From Narcine bancroftii (lineage: Eukaryota), in contig NC_091472.1 in NCBI RefSeq assembly GCF_036971445.1, positions 229,772,001 through 229,836,000 of the forward strand: a stretch of 64,000 bases of DNA. Reading direction: 5' to 3'. The position numbers and the translations under genes are program-made. Every line of letters begins with the position of its first letter. The stretch's first letter is position 1. The notes beneath the pieces are model-generated. The model was not told the origin of the DNA. It worked only from the letters and a program-made list of their open reading frames with translations, and ran no database searches. Of this stretch, positions 23,459-37,200 are shown one piece after another.

Positions 23459-26400
23459 TTAGTGTTGGTGCCTGGAATCCTCGTGTTCCTTGGAAGGACA
23501 GAATTAAAAGAACTGTTATTTTCAGGTGGGCTATCTTTGCTCCGAGTTCAGTATTTTATTCCTAGTGAAGGCAGCAATCAGAGGACAACTGTCGGGCACA
23601 GTTATACTTACATTTGAAAATTCTTCATGTGATAATTCTGTTGACTGACTTTTTGCCTGAATAAAAATAGCAACGTCACAATTTTAGAATTATCGCCAAG
23701 ACACAAAGCAAAAACAATACTTCATTGTAAATCAGGAAGAGAGAACAAATAAAAGTTTGGGTTTCTATTTGAAAGGGAGTTCAGTAAAGAACCCGAGTCC
23801 TCACTTTTTTAGTGTTACAATAATCGAGGAGTTGAGGATCAATGGCCATTCTAACGTTGGAATAATGTCCCATCAATTGGCCTTCGTCAACACCCAGAAT
23901 CTCTGTCTATGACAAGAGAGATTATCATTTGCCAGACTAATCCATGGATTATGTCTGTCCACTCTCCATTGGAGTAGTGAGGGCGCACTGCTGCCTGCGA
24001 TCTCGATCACTGCAAAGATCAGAGAGCAAGCAGCAGTGATTTTGGAAAACCCACTAACAACTATGGCCCTATGTTTCATTAGGATGTAATATTATGTTCA
24101 GGTTCTATTCAATGCCTAATCCAAGTTTCCTTATTGGTTCATGCTGCTCTTTTCCAGCGTAGGCTGGTTCAGCTTATTTGGGTTAGTGTCAGATATAACG
24201 GGGTAAAGTTAACTCCCCCACTCATCTTCCCATGAACCACCCCAGATTCCAACACTCACCAGCAACAAATTACTGCCGTCTAACCCACAACTGTTTGGTG
24301 TTGAAATGGGAACTGGGCCAGCCTGAGGGAGCTCACCCAGACACAAGGAGAACATGCAAACTCCACACTGACTGCACCTAGTGTAGGATGGAAATTGGGA
24401 AACTGGAGCTGAGAAGCAGCAGCAACACCTGCTGTTCTCTCCCAAAATCTCTCTGTAAGAGAGATGAAACAGATAAAAATCTCTAATTAAACTTACATTT
24501 GAAGATTCCCGGACTTCTGTCTCTTCTGATTGACTTCTCACCTGTATAACAATATTGATAATGTTATGTTCAGGACAGGGTAAGTGACAACCAAATAAAT
24601 TAATGTTGATCTCAAGATTATGAACATTGTATTGTTCAGTCTGGGCATGGCAAAAACTGATTTAATGACTCAATAAGATGGTGATGAAGCCTCCACATAC
24701 TCAGCACTGTACAGCAATGTTACTGATACGTGGCCCTGGGTCAAAGGTAACCTAATGACCAGGGACAATCCTATCAACTGGTGCTTGTTGCATTGAACCT
24801 GCATCAGGAAGGGGGAGGACTTGGTGTTTTTTGTCGTAGAATGCAACACACTCTGTGTCTGATGCCACCCCTTCCTTCTACATTTAAAGCTATTCAGACA
24901 GGACCATTGATCAGAAAGATTTATGTGGATGTGGGAAAAATGATTTATATTTCAATGTACAGAACAGTCACAGGACCTTCTTCCCCACGAACCTGTGCAC
25001 CTTGAATACATCAATTTGCTGTCAATCCCTGCACGTTTTGGCAAATGGAGCCAGCTGAGGTAAACAACCTGGTTGGCCTGGATGAGATGGGCTGAAGGGA
25101 CTTTATGATGCCATGAATCTCACAGAAGCTCGGCTCATTTCACCTTCAGAGAACTAATTCAGACTCTGTATTGGGATTAGATCGTTTGACATGCAGTAGA
25201 AAGCCCACGTCTGAACCACGTCAGTCTTGTCATATTTTCATCTGGTACTTGTTTCCAACCTGGCACAAATCAAGATCACGAAGATCGCGAACTCACAAGG
25301 CCTTTGTGAATGCTCACATCTGATGTGTTCTCGAGGGATGCCTCCACAGATCTGGTTTCGACCTGTAAGCAAACATTAACAATTAAGCATTCAGCATAGG
25401 TCATAATGATTAACAGAGATCAATTAATGCAAAGGTAATTTACCACTGAGCTATTGTATCATCTGGACATCAGGGGATTTTGTTTAGAGCTCAGTCTTTG
25501 AGGAAGGTTCACTGCGAATATCTCAACAATGTGCACTGCAGCAATGTTCAGTGGAGTTTGCTGCAATGGAGAACAGGGTCTGTGGGTCTGCTGCATTGAC
25601 CTTCCACAGAATATCTCATTTAATTGAGGTGATTTGAAAGGTGTTGCTCTCCAGAAATCATTGGTTGCATCTGTGCAGATACCACGGTTGTGCTCACTCT
25701 CATTCTAGGTCACCCTAAATTCAGTGAAGAACAAACTCATCCTCGGAGAGCTCAGTGTTCTGGCAGTGCTTGGTGTGCACACAGTACAAGGATCTCTATT
25801 GACATGGGGTAATTATGTAACTAAATAGAATCCTCAAACCTGGCACAGCTTAACCTTAGTTATAGGCCTATTGTAGGTAAGAATTAGATGATAAAGCTCC
25901 TGGATTACATTTACCTTTAATGATGCTTCCAGTGACAAATCTTCTGACTGGCTTTGCCTCTGTATTAATATAAATGCATATGTTTAGTTCAGAATTCACG
26001 GTTGCATAATATAAATACTCTCTATTCACATATCTCCTAAAATGTTGAAATTTAAATTACTTCATTTTTAATGCAATAGAAAGCCTTTCTGGACCATGAA
26101 ACCTGTCACAACCAATGGGCCTACCAACCCCATCCGTTTTGTAGGTGAGAATATACCGGAGTACGTGGGGAAAAGCAATGCAGGTCACGGGCAGAACGAA
26201 CAAACTTCTCCCAGACGGTGATGGATTTGACAGTCACTGGGGCTGTAAGAGGGCTGCTTTACCAATGTGGAAGAGCTAATCGTGGAACTTTTTACAGTCT
26301 TAATCAAAAGGTCAGAATTCAAGATCAATGAGAAAAGCATCTCCTAAATAGACAGCAGATCCTCTCCCATTGATTCCAATTCCCACCTGGCTTAGTCCCC

Positions 26401-29400
26401 GATGGAAACATCATGACTTTGATCTTCACCACGGAAGGCCAAAATCCCTTTTATTACCTGATGCAATTTACTAACATGCACATGATATAGGTATTGGGGA
26501 TTTGATAAACTGAGAGACTATGGCTGAAATTTAGAGTGAGGAAGATCTCCTTAGTATCACATGTTCTATAGTCATCACTCCCTGGAGGATGGAGAACTGT
26601 GGGGTCAAGGTATGGTGGGTGGGGGCAGCGTGATATTCACCATTAACTGGGTTGACTTCCCTCAGAACTATTAAATTGTGCCATTTTCAGGAGGAAATTG
26701 CTATATGAGGTTGCCCCCAGGGATTGGATTGATGTTTTGAAAGTCCAGAGTGTCCTCCGGGGCAACTCCGTCATTGAGATCCTCAGATTCGATCTTGTTG
26801 CTGAGAGTCAATAAATTAAACTTACGTTTGAATGCTCCTCCAGTGAAGACTCTTCTGATCTGCTTTCCACCTATATTATAATATTAAGATTTGTATTTTG
26901 AACACAGATTCCAGAATACACTTCATCATTATAAGCTTGTATTAAACAACAAAGAACATTACATGATTAACATAAAATAGATGACCATCAAAATTTCTTT
27001 CATTTATCATTATTGTGTTGAGCACAGTGCTACTGTTGGTGGTCCCTGACAACCGGCGCTCTACAAATAATGTCGTCACCACAATCCCATTACTTAGGCA
27101 TTCCTTCATCTTCAGGGGGAGAACCCATTCACCTTCCATATTGGGGGAAATTTTACTATCCCTTGATGAATTTTTGAAATTTCTGACTGCAATCAGACAC
27201 CTGATTTCTCTTCCCTAATGCACTGAACTGAAATAATTTTGTTGCTCCGTTCTGGAAAAGCTGAGCACAGGGTTTTACAAATTTATGGATAATTGAGACC
27301 AATGTGAAAATAATTTGTCAATACTCACATTTGAAATGTCCTCAAGTGATGACTCTGTCGATTCTGTTAGATCCTGTTGGAAAAATGCAATGTTCACATG
27401 TTTAGTCCAGGATATAAATAAGAATTTAGCAAAAAACTCATGGGTTTCAAATCCCATTGACTTGAAATGTATAACTGTGCGGTTACCTCAAATCTGGTTT
27501 CACTCGATTCCATGGAGTCACTCTCGCTGTCAACAGTCTTCAGACCTTCACACTCCACATCAACGTATGCCACCTTATCAGCAAAATATTCCACCCGGCT
27601 TTTGCAAAACCCTCCTTCCTGTTGGAATAACATGTTGGGTCAAATCACAAATTATTGCAGAGTCTGGATTGAAACAGGATGTGATTTAGAATATAGAGCA
27701 TTACTCCCTTCAGCGTATGCTGTGGTATTAACCTATGGAAACACATTCCATAACAATCTAAATTTTCCCCACCTCCCACCCATAACTCAATTTCCCGACA
27801 TCCAAGTGCACATCTAAGATCTTTTTGAATGTCCCTATTGTACCATTTATCCACCATCACCACCAATGCATTCCAGGCACCCACCACTATCTGTGTGAAA
27901 ATCTTACCTCTGATATCTCCCCAAACCTTTCTCCAATCACCTTCAACAGATGTTCTATTATAGTTGCTAACGTTGCTCCAGGAAAATGGTTCTGGCTGTC
28001 CACCCTATCTCAGCCCTTCAACATCTTAACTATGTATGTCAGTTAAGTTACCTCTCATTCTTCATCACTCCAAAGAGAAAAGCACTAGCTCTGCCATCCT
28101 TGATTCATATGACATATTCTACAATTCAGGCAACATCCTGATAAATCGCCTCAGCACCCTCTCAAAAGCATTTACATCCGTCCTGTGATGACGTGACCAG
28201 AACTGGTTTAATCTTCATTGTTCATCATTTTGCAGCTCCTAATCCACAATGGCAGGTGTTATTGCAATCTTCATCAGTTTTTGAGGCTCTTTATCAGCAG
28301 TCATTGCCTGCAAGTTATATGGAAAAGCACTCGTGGAGTCAAACAGCCCACTGGGTATGTGCTGACAAGTAAGTATTCATTTTACACTCATCCCATTGCC
28401 CCTCTCCAATCTCCATTCCGTCAGCTCCACCCCCACAATTCCCTGGCCAACAATCTACCCACAGCGGAACTAACTAGACCAAAGGATCTTTGGATTGGGA
28501 GGAAACCACACAGCCACAGGGAGAAGATGCATACTCCACTGGCAGTACCTGAGGTCAATAAACTGGAGCTGTGGAGCCACTTCAATGCTATCTCTGCAAC
28601 AACACTCTTTACTCAAGGTCACCTTTATTGTCATGTGAGAAAGTTTGTTTTTAAATAGTCCAGCAAGACGACCCAAACTTAGCACACACATAGTTTCCCT
28701 TGATATTACTAAGAACCCAGGGGTCTTTGTACCAGGTAACTTTAGGCTCTGTTAATTTCAAGAGTTTTGTGCTGTGGTTCAATACACTGCTCACAGCGGA
28801 TTCTGATGCCACATGATGCTCAGGACTCACCGCGATCTTTCTGGGGCGGAAGTAGCAGCTGGGATCATCAAATTCCAGTCCGGAATTCTTGGAACAGACG
28901 GTTTCTTTCACGGAGAATGTTAAATCCACATTGTAGGACAGTTTGCCCGTGCGATAAGTCTATTAACAGGAAACAGGTCATGAACGTTAGCCATTGCAAA
29001 TTGGTCAGATAAATCTTGGAACAAAACATCTGAGTGTTTCTTGTCTGTTATTACAATGGGCCATCAGAATGACAGGGCAAGACAGACTAGAGATTAAACT
29101 CAGCCCAGCAACTATTTAACCCTTTGTCTGTCAGTGTGAAGATGTATTGGATCCTTTAATTTTAAGGGGATATGAATGAATAAGTCTCCGACAATCAGGA
29201 TTTGGAAATATATTTAAGAAGAAATATATATAAGAAGAGTATGGATGAATTTCAAACAACAGTTTCACATGTGGCTCCAATCTCCAAAGATAAAGACAGA
29301 TTCAGAATTTCAATTCTTGAACTGAGACAGACACAAATTTAGATATAGACAGAAAGCATTACAGCACAGGCCCTTCAGTCCACAATGTTGTGCCAAACTA

Positions 29401-29822
29401 TGTCAACCTTCTCCTCAACAATCTACTTTATCCTTATCCAAACCCATTCTCCTCTGTTTTGTTCCTGGTCACTGACCAGTGTTGATATGTGCTGTTCCTG
29501 CAGACCCCATCTGCAAAATCCACCTAAACCAGGAGACACTTACATTGGTCATTCTCCTCCCAGTGATGCCACACAGGTTGGGAATCTCAGTGATATCATT
29601 CAGTTTCAGAACTGAGGCTCTCAGAGCATCCTCAGGATCAGGCACCGCTGTAGAGAGAGAAGGAATATTTTACCAGCTGATTCCTTTACACAGGAGAACG
29701 TTATCACGGACTGAATCCCATTGCCAATCAGCCCTTGCTCTGTGTGATTCCCACTATCCCCTAAACCTACCTGAGCAGTGGAGGATCTGCATTGCAGCGA
29801 GGGCGAGAAAAAAGTATGCCAT
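23459..29822 (-). CDS. spp2: SPP2-like secreted phosphoprotein, copy C (11 coding exons, ~238 aa)
   Basis: Exons: 29822-29771 MAYFFLALAAMQILHCS; 29647-29544 AVPDPEDALRASVLKLNDITEIPNLCGITGRRMTN; 28959-28831; 27618-27487; 27373-27329 DLTESTESSLEDISN; 26870-26826 VESRSEESSLEEHSN; 25959-25915 RQSQSEDLSLEASLK; 25362-25318 VETRSVEASLENTSD; 24541-24497 VRSQSEETEVRESSN; 23656-23612 AKSQSTELSHEEFSN; 23488-23459 EHEDSRHQH*. Splice sites are intact. Exons 3-4 encode the same protein as copy B. Confidence 0.85.
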
Positions 29823-29916
29823 TCTACCTCTCGTAGGGTTAGTCGCTTGTTTCTCAGAGTAAAGGAGCTACTTTTCTCTCTCTTTCTTGATCTTCCCTCA
29901 CCTCTCTGCCTTCAGT

Positions 29917-29957
29917 CTTTATATCTTGAAACTCAACCACATGCAAACACTGACTCA
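29917..29957 (-). promoter_or_regulatory. Core promoter of copy C
   Basis: TATAAAG 29917-29923, AACCACA 29935-29941, TGACTCA 29951-29957. Confidence 0.6.
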
Positions 29958-32900
29958 CGTTTGTCCAGCTTTTTGACCGTGGGCAGAGGAATCAGATGAA
30001 ATGAGAACTTTAATTTGGGCAGAACTTCCTGAGGGTTGCATCATCATGTTTGGAATTGGTGGGAGAAGTGTGAAATCAGGGTTTATTCCTGTTCATGTGA
30101 AATAATAAACTAACGGATTCAAGGAGATGATGATCTCTGATCTGAACAGCACAGCTCTTAATGCAGTGGAATTTCCCTCCACATTTTATAGGTTGTGGAT
30201 CATTTTTACAGCCTCAGCATTTTCCTACATGCTTCAAGATTAATCAGTTGATCTCTGTTGCCAGCAAGATTTTCCCCAAGATTCCAGATTCCATTTAATT
30301 CCAAAAATTTCTCCTATGCTTTAGCCTGCAAAGAGGTGAATGTTGAATGGATCGGCTAGAACAGCATCTCGTTTTCAAAGAGCTTTGTCTTTCATATTTA
30401 GATTGTTATTGGTCATATGAGATGTAGAGGGAATTTGGTGGGTAGGATATCTGAATCACAGTCAGAAATGATTGTTATGAACATGTTATGAAATTTATTG
30501 TTTTGTGGCATCGTTACAGAATCAAAATCGCTATATATTATATATTTAAAAAATAAGTTAGTGAAAAGCAGAGAAAGTGAGGTAGTGTCTGTGGTTCATT
30601 GACCATTAAGGAACCTGATGGTGGAGGGGAAGAAGTTGTTTTTGTTTTCAGGCTCCTGTATCTCGTTCCTGATGGCAGCAGTGAGAAGAGGGCATAGTCT
30701 GCATGGTGAGGGTCCTTGATAATGGACGCTGCTTTCTTAAGGCACAGGCTCTTGTAGACGTCCTGAATGGAGTAAAGTCTGATGACCATTAATGTACGGG
30801 TAAGTTGACAACCTTTCATAGCCTTTTCCTGTCCTGTGCAATTGCACCTCCGGATTAGACAGTGATGCTCTATTCAGAATACTCTCCATGGTAGGAAACT
30901 TTCGAGAGTCTTGGGTGACCTACAAAATCTCTTCAAACTCCTCACGAGGTATAAGTGCTGGTGAATCTTTTCATGATTCATGGAGACTGCAGGATAGATC
31001 TTCAGAGATGTTAACACCCAGGAACTTGCAGTTCTTTATACTTACTACTGCTGATCATTTGATGAGGGCAGTTTATGTTAAACTTGCTGGAAAATGGCCG
31101 AGTTGTGTTTGATGATCCCTGGTTTAACAGAGCAATGTTGTTGATTCGTTGCTTTCTGCACCAGGAACTTTGGTGCTTTCTCTGGCAAATCACTGTCCAT
31201 GATATATTCACATGTAAGCCTTGCCTGCGACAGGCTTTCCTCATAAATCAGATCCTCTCCCCAACCTCGATAACTTGTCGCAATTGATGGAATTTACAGT
31301 ACTGTCACTTCTTGCAGGATTTCCAAGGTCCTGCAGTGTCGATCCAACTGTCCAGTTGTCAGTCACTGAGCAACAATGGAAACAAGGCTGTTGACTGCAG
31401 TTGGCAGCAGTGGTTTGTCAGGACCTCTGACATTTCCTCCAAACTTACCTCCACTCACTTTTTCAGCCACAACGCACGTAGTCTCCAGATGACTACATCG
31501 GAGTGGACTCAGTCGCCCACCTCTTTGCAGAATGTACTTTATCCAGGAGCGTGTGCATAAACATACAAGGGTCCTTGTCACAGTTCATCCCCAGCAGCAG
31601 CATGTCTGAGAACTCTGCTTTCCAGGCTGTTCCCAGGACCCATGCAGACTCAGACATCCGAACTGCTGCAAGATCACCAACTTGGTGAAAGACGCAAGAC
31701 GCCCGAAACATGTTAGTCTTCCTGCACATGGAGATGTCGGTGAGAGAATGCTGTCATCTGACATATTCCAGTTTGCAGAAGGGACACTCTAAGGGTTGGA
31801 GCTGGCAATGAGAGGGTGGTGTTGGGAAGGACCAAAGTCTAGAGTCCATCCCTTACCGGGTACTGAGGCGCTGAGTCCCAGCGGAATGTCCCTCAAACAA
31901 CAGAGGGAGAACAACAAGAGGTCGCAGAATTGACAATCGAGCAAATTCACTGAAATATACCATATTTTTATTGACTTGTAGCCAGATCATATCTGTCCAC
32001 ACTTTCCCATCCCAAGACCCTGTCCAAAACTTTTTTTTAATGTCAAAATTGAGCACGTATTCATCACATCATGTGGCAACTCATTCTATGCCTTCACCAC
32101 TCTCTGCATGAAGAAGATCCCCCTAAAGTTCCCTTTAAACCCCACTGATTTCATCCTAAACCCATGCCCTCTAGTTCTTGTATCAGCAAACCTCAGTGGG
32201 AAAAACCTAATTGCATTTTGTCTATCCACATCCTTCATACAATTGTATATCTCTATCTAATCTCCCCTTATTCCTCTATGCTCCAGAAAAAAAAATTCTT
32301 TCATGTTTAATCTTTTCCTATAACTCAGTTCCTCAAGACCCGGCAACATCCTTGTAAATGGGTACAATTTCATAATGTGAGGCACAAGTCCAGCTGGTCA
32401 GGAATTTTCACCTGAATCTCATTCATGTTCTTTTAGGTGCCTTGCCAGCAATCTGAGCCAAAAGCTAGTTTAATAGCAATCAGAGCCTCGAATCTCAGTT
32501 CTGGGTGACAATTTCATTTTTTCTCGGCTGGACCAAGGACACATTGTCATTGGGATGGGTGAGCTGGTTACCGAAAGGTGCCATTGAATAACGAGGCCCA
32601 TAGACTCTTAATCCGATGCTGATGTTGATCACCTATGTGCTCGACAGGAGGAAAGTGACAGATCTGGACTTTTCTTGCTCTCTTTTGAGAGGATGTTCTG
32701 TGGACAATTTTCCATGTTGCTGGGAGAATGTCAGGGGGAGCAATATTAGAGGAAGTAGCCTTGGTTATAGATATTGGCATTGGAAACCTGTTGCTGGATC
32801 CCATGCAGATAACAGTCAAAAAAATGCACACACATCTCTCTCTCTCTTTCACACACACACATTACACACATTTAGAGATACACACACATACATACACACA

Positions 32901-34249
32901 CACTCTCACACTCACACACATTTAGAGATACACACTTATTCAAACACACCCNNNNNNNNNNNNNNNNNNNNNNNNNNNNNNNNNNNNNNNNNNNNNNNNN
33001 NNNNNNNNNNNNNNNNNNNNNNNNNNNNNNNNNNNNNNNNNNNNNNNNNNNNNNNNNNNNNNNNNNNNNNNNNNNNNNNNNNNNNNNNNNNNNNNNNNNN
33101 NNNNNNNTGAGTCATAAATTGTATCCAGATCAGTCTTGCACATCAATGTTCAATGGTAGAGTTGAAGCCATTTCTCTGAATGGAGATCTGTGTCCAATGG
33201 TGTACTGCAGGGATCAATGCTGGGACCTCGGTTGTCTGTGATATATATATTAATATTGTATATTTAAATGTGGCAATAATTGAGAGCTCCTTGCTTGTGT
33301 GTCCTCTTTCCACCAGAACCAACATGCACGGTCACAAAGACTGTTGTGGCCTTCTCACATAACTATAGTCTTTGTCATGCTAATTTTCGAGGACCTACTT
33401 TGTGATCATTATGGATGAACCTCAGGCTGCTACTTGAGAAACCTGGGTCCAGACTAACTTTCCCTGGAGGATCTTGCAGTGTTGATTTGGTTGTGTCCAC
33501 ATTGTGACACATTGTTCTGAAAGTCTTCTCACTGCTGTCAATTTATACGGTCATGGGTCATTAATTCTGATGACCCTCAGAAAAAGTATTTTTAGATGAA
33601 GATTTTGCTTCCACTAATAAGAGATGGAAAATGATTAAAACCTTGAATGTGTTTGACTTGGAACAGTGAAATAACAACCTTGTTTGGTCACTTGGACTCA
33701 AGGAGCAATATTGCTGCCCCCATACCTCACCAAGCTACATTGTTCATGTATCATTATCTTTGGTACATACAGTAGTTACAGCTCTGTGACTTGCTAAGTT
33801 TCTCCAGCATTTTCGTGTAAATTACATTCACAGAATCTGCAGATGCACTGAGCTACTGCTGGTGTTTGGATCAGGAAATGCATGGCTCTAAGTTCAGTCT
33901 GGATCACTCATGGCCTTCTCCCCATGCCTTCACAAGAAGTGTCCACATCCACCCAGTGAACGAAAGGGTGTATCAGTTAAATCCGAATGCAATTAGCGGA
34001 GGGAGAAACACACGTCGTAGAAGGTCAGTAAATATTCATTTATCATTTTAATTTGATTCACAGTAAACAAGACGTCAACACATGTCAATATACAGAATAT
34101 TTACAATCTATAGATATTCTGAGTTACATAAAATATACAGTCAGGAGCTCCAGTCCCCTTCTCCGAGTGATGAACATCGACAGCATCTTCTTCCATCTGG
34201 TTTACCACTGTTCACGCTGAGTTTGGAGTTTCAGATGTTTAATCTATGA

Positions 34250-37200
34250 TTAGTGTTGGTGCCTGGAATCCTCGTATTCCTTGGAAGGACAGAATTAAGA
34301 GAACTGTTATTTTCAGGTGGGCTATCTTTGCTCCGAGTTCAGTATTTTATTCCTAGTGAAGGCAGCAATCAGAGGACAACTGTCGGGCACAGTTATACTT
34401 ACATTTGAAAATTCTTCATGTGATAATTCTGTTGACTGACTTTTTGCCTGAATAAAAATAGCAAAGACACAATTTTGGAATTATCGCCAAGACAAAAAGC
34501 AAAAACAATACTTCGTTGTAAATCAGGAAGAGAGAACAAATAAAAGTTTGGGTTTCTATTTGAAAGGGAGTTCAGTAAAGAACCCGAGTCCTCACTTTTT
34601 TAGTGTTACAATAATCGAGGAGTGTAGTGGATTGAGGATCAATGGCCATTCTAACGTTGGAATAATGTCCCATCAACTAGCTTTCCTCAGGTCCCAGAAT
34701 CTCTGTCTGTGACAAGAAGAGATAATAATTTGCCAGACTAATCCATGGATTATGTCCATGGAGTAGTGAGGGCGCACTGCTGCCTGTGATCTGGATCACT
34801 GCAAAGATCAGAGAGCAAGCAGCAGTGATTTTGGAAAACCCACTAACAACTATGGCCCTATCTCTCATGAGGATGTAATATTATCTTCAGGTTCTATTCA
34901 ATGCCTAATCCAAGTTTCCTTATTGGTTCATGCTGCTCTTTTACAGAGGATGCTGGTTCAGCTTATTTGGGTTTGTGTCAGATATAACGGAGTAAACCTA
35001 ACCCCACAATCATTTTCCCATGAACCACCCCAGATTCCAACACTCACCAGCAACAATTTACTGGCGTCTAACCCACAACTGTTTGGTGTGGAAATGGTAA
35101 CCGGACCATCCTAAGGGAGCCCACCCAAACACAAGGAGAACATGCAAACTCCACATTAACTGCACCTAGTGTTGGATGGAAAAAGAGTAACTGGAGCTGA
35201 GAAGCAACAGCACCACCTGCTGTTCTCTCCCAAAATCCCACTGTAAGAGAGATGAAACAGATAAAAATCTCTAATTAAACTTTCATTTGAAGATTCCCGG
35301 ATTTCTGTCTCTTCTGATTGACTTCTCACCTGTATAACAATATTGATAAGGTTATGTTCAGGACAGGGTAATTGACAACGAAATTAATTAATGCTGATCT
35401 AAAGATTATGAACATTGCATTGTTCAATCTGGGCATGGCAAGAACTGATTCAATGACTCAGTAAGGTAGTGATGAAGCCTCCACATGCTCAACACTGCAC
35501 AGCAATATTCATGCTACGTGGCCCAGGGTCAAAGGTCATCTAATGACCAGGGACAATCCTCTCAAATGATGATTGTTGTATTGAACCTGCATCAGGAAGG
35601 TGAGGTCTTGGTGTTTATTCTTGTAGAATGTAACACACTCCGTGTCTGATGCCACCCCTTCCTTCTACATTTAAAGCTATCCAGTCAGGATCATGGATCA
35701 GAAAGATTTATGGGGATGTGTGAAAAATGATTTATATTTCAATGAACAGAACGGTCACAGGACCTTCTGGCCCACGAGCTTGTGCACCGTGAATACATCA
35801 ATTTACCATCAATCCTTGCATGTTTTGGCAAATGGAGCCAGCTGAGGTAAACAACCTGGTTGGCCTGGATGAGATGGGCTTAAGGAACTTTATGATGCCA
35901 TGAATCTCACATGGGCTCGGCTCATTTCACCTTCAGAGAACCAATTCAGGCTTTGTATTGGGATTAGATCGTTTGACATGCAGTGGAAAGCCCACGTCTG
36001 AACCACGTCAGTCTTGTCATATTTTCGTCTGGTACTTGTTTCCCTCCTGGCACAAATCAAGATCACGAAGATCGTGAACTCACAAGGCCCTGGTGAATAC
36101 TCACATCTGATGTGTTCTCGAGGGATGCCTCCACAGGTCTGGTTTTGACCTGTAAGCAAACATTAACAATTAAGCATTCGGCATAGGTCATAAAGATTAA
36201 CAGAGATCAATTAATGCAAAGGTCATTTACCACTGAGCTATTGTATCATCTGGACATCAGGGGATCTTTGTTTATAGCTCAGTATCTGAGGGAGGTTCAC
36301 TGCGAATATCTCAACAATGTGCACTGCAGCAATGTTCAGTGGAGTTTGCTGCAATGGAGAACAGGGTCTGTGGGTCTGCTGCATTGACCTTCCACAGAAT
36401 ATCTCATTTAATTGAGGTGATTTGAAATGTGTTGCTCTCCAGAAATCATTGGTTGCATCTGTGCAGATACCACGGTTGTGTTTACTCTCATTTTAGGTCA
36501 CCCTAAATTCAGTGAAGAACAAACTCATCCTCGGAGAGCTCAGCGTTCTGGCAGTGGTTGGTGTGCACACAGTACAAGGATCTCTATTGACATGGGTTAA
36601 TTATGTAACTAAATAGAATCCTCAAACCTGGCACAGCTTAACCTTAGTTATAGGCCTATTGTAGGTAAGAATTAGATGATAAAGCTCCTGGATTACATTT
36701 ACCTTTAATGATGCTTCCAGTGACAAATCTTCTGACTGGCTTTGCCTCTGTATTAATATAAATGCATATGTTTAGTTCAGAATTCACGGTTGCATAATGC
36801 AAATACTCTCTATTCACATATCTCCTAAAATGTTAAAATTTAAATTACTTCATTTTTAATGCAATAGAAAGCCCTTCTGGACCATGAAACCTGTCACAAC
36901 TAGTCGGCCTACCATCCCCATCCGTTTTGTAGGTGAGAATATACCGGAGTACGTGGGGAAAAGCAATGCAGGTCACGGGCAGAACGTACAAACTTCTCCC
37001 AGACGGTGATGAATTTGACGGTCACTAGGGCTGTAAGAGGGCTGTTTACCAATGTGGAAGAGCTAATCGTGGAACATTTTACAGTTCTAATCAAAAGTTC
37101 AGAACTCAAGATCAATGAAAAAAACATCTCCTAAATCGACAGCAGATCCTCTCCCACTGATTCCAATTCCCACCTGGATTAGTTCCCGATGGAAACATCA

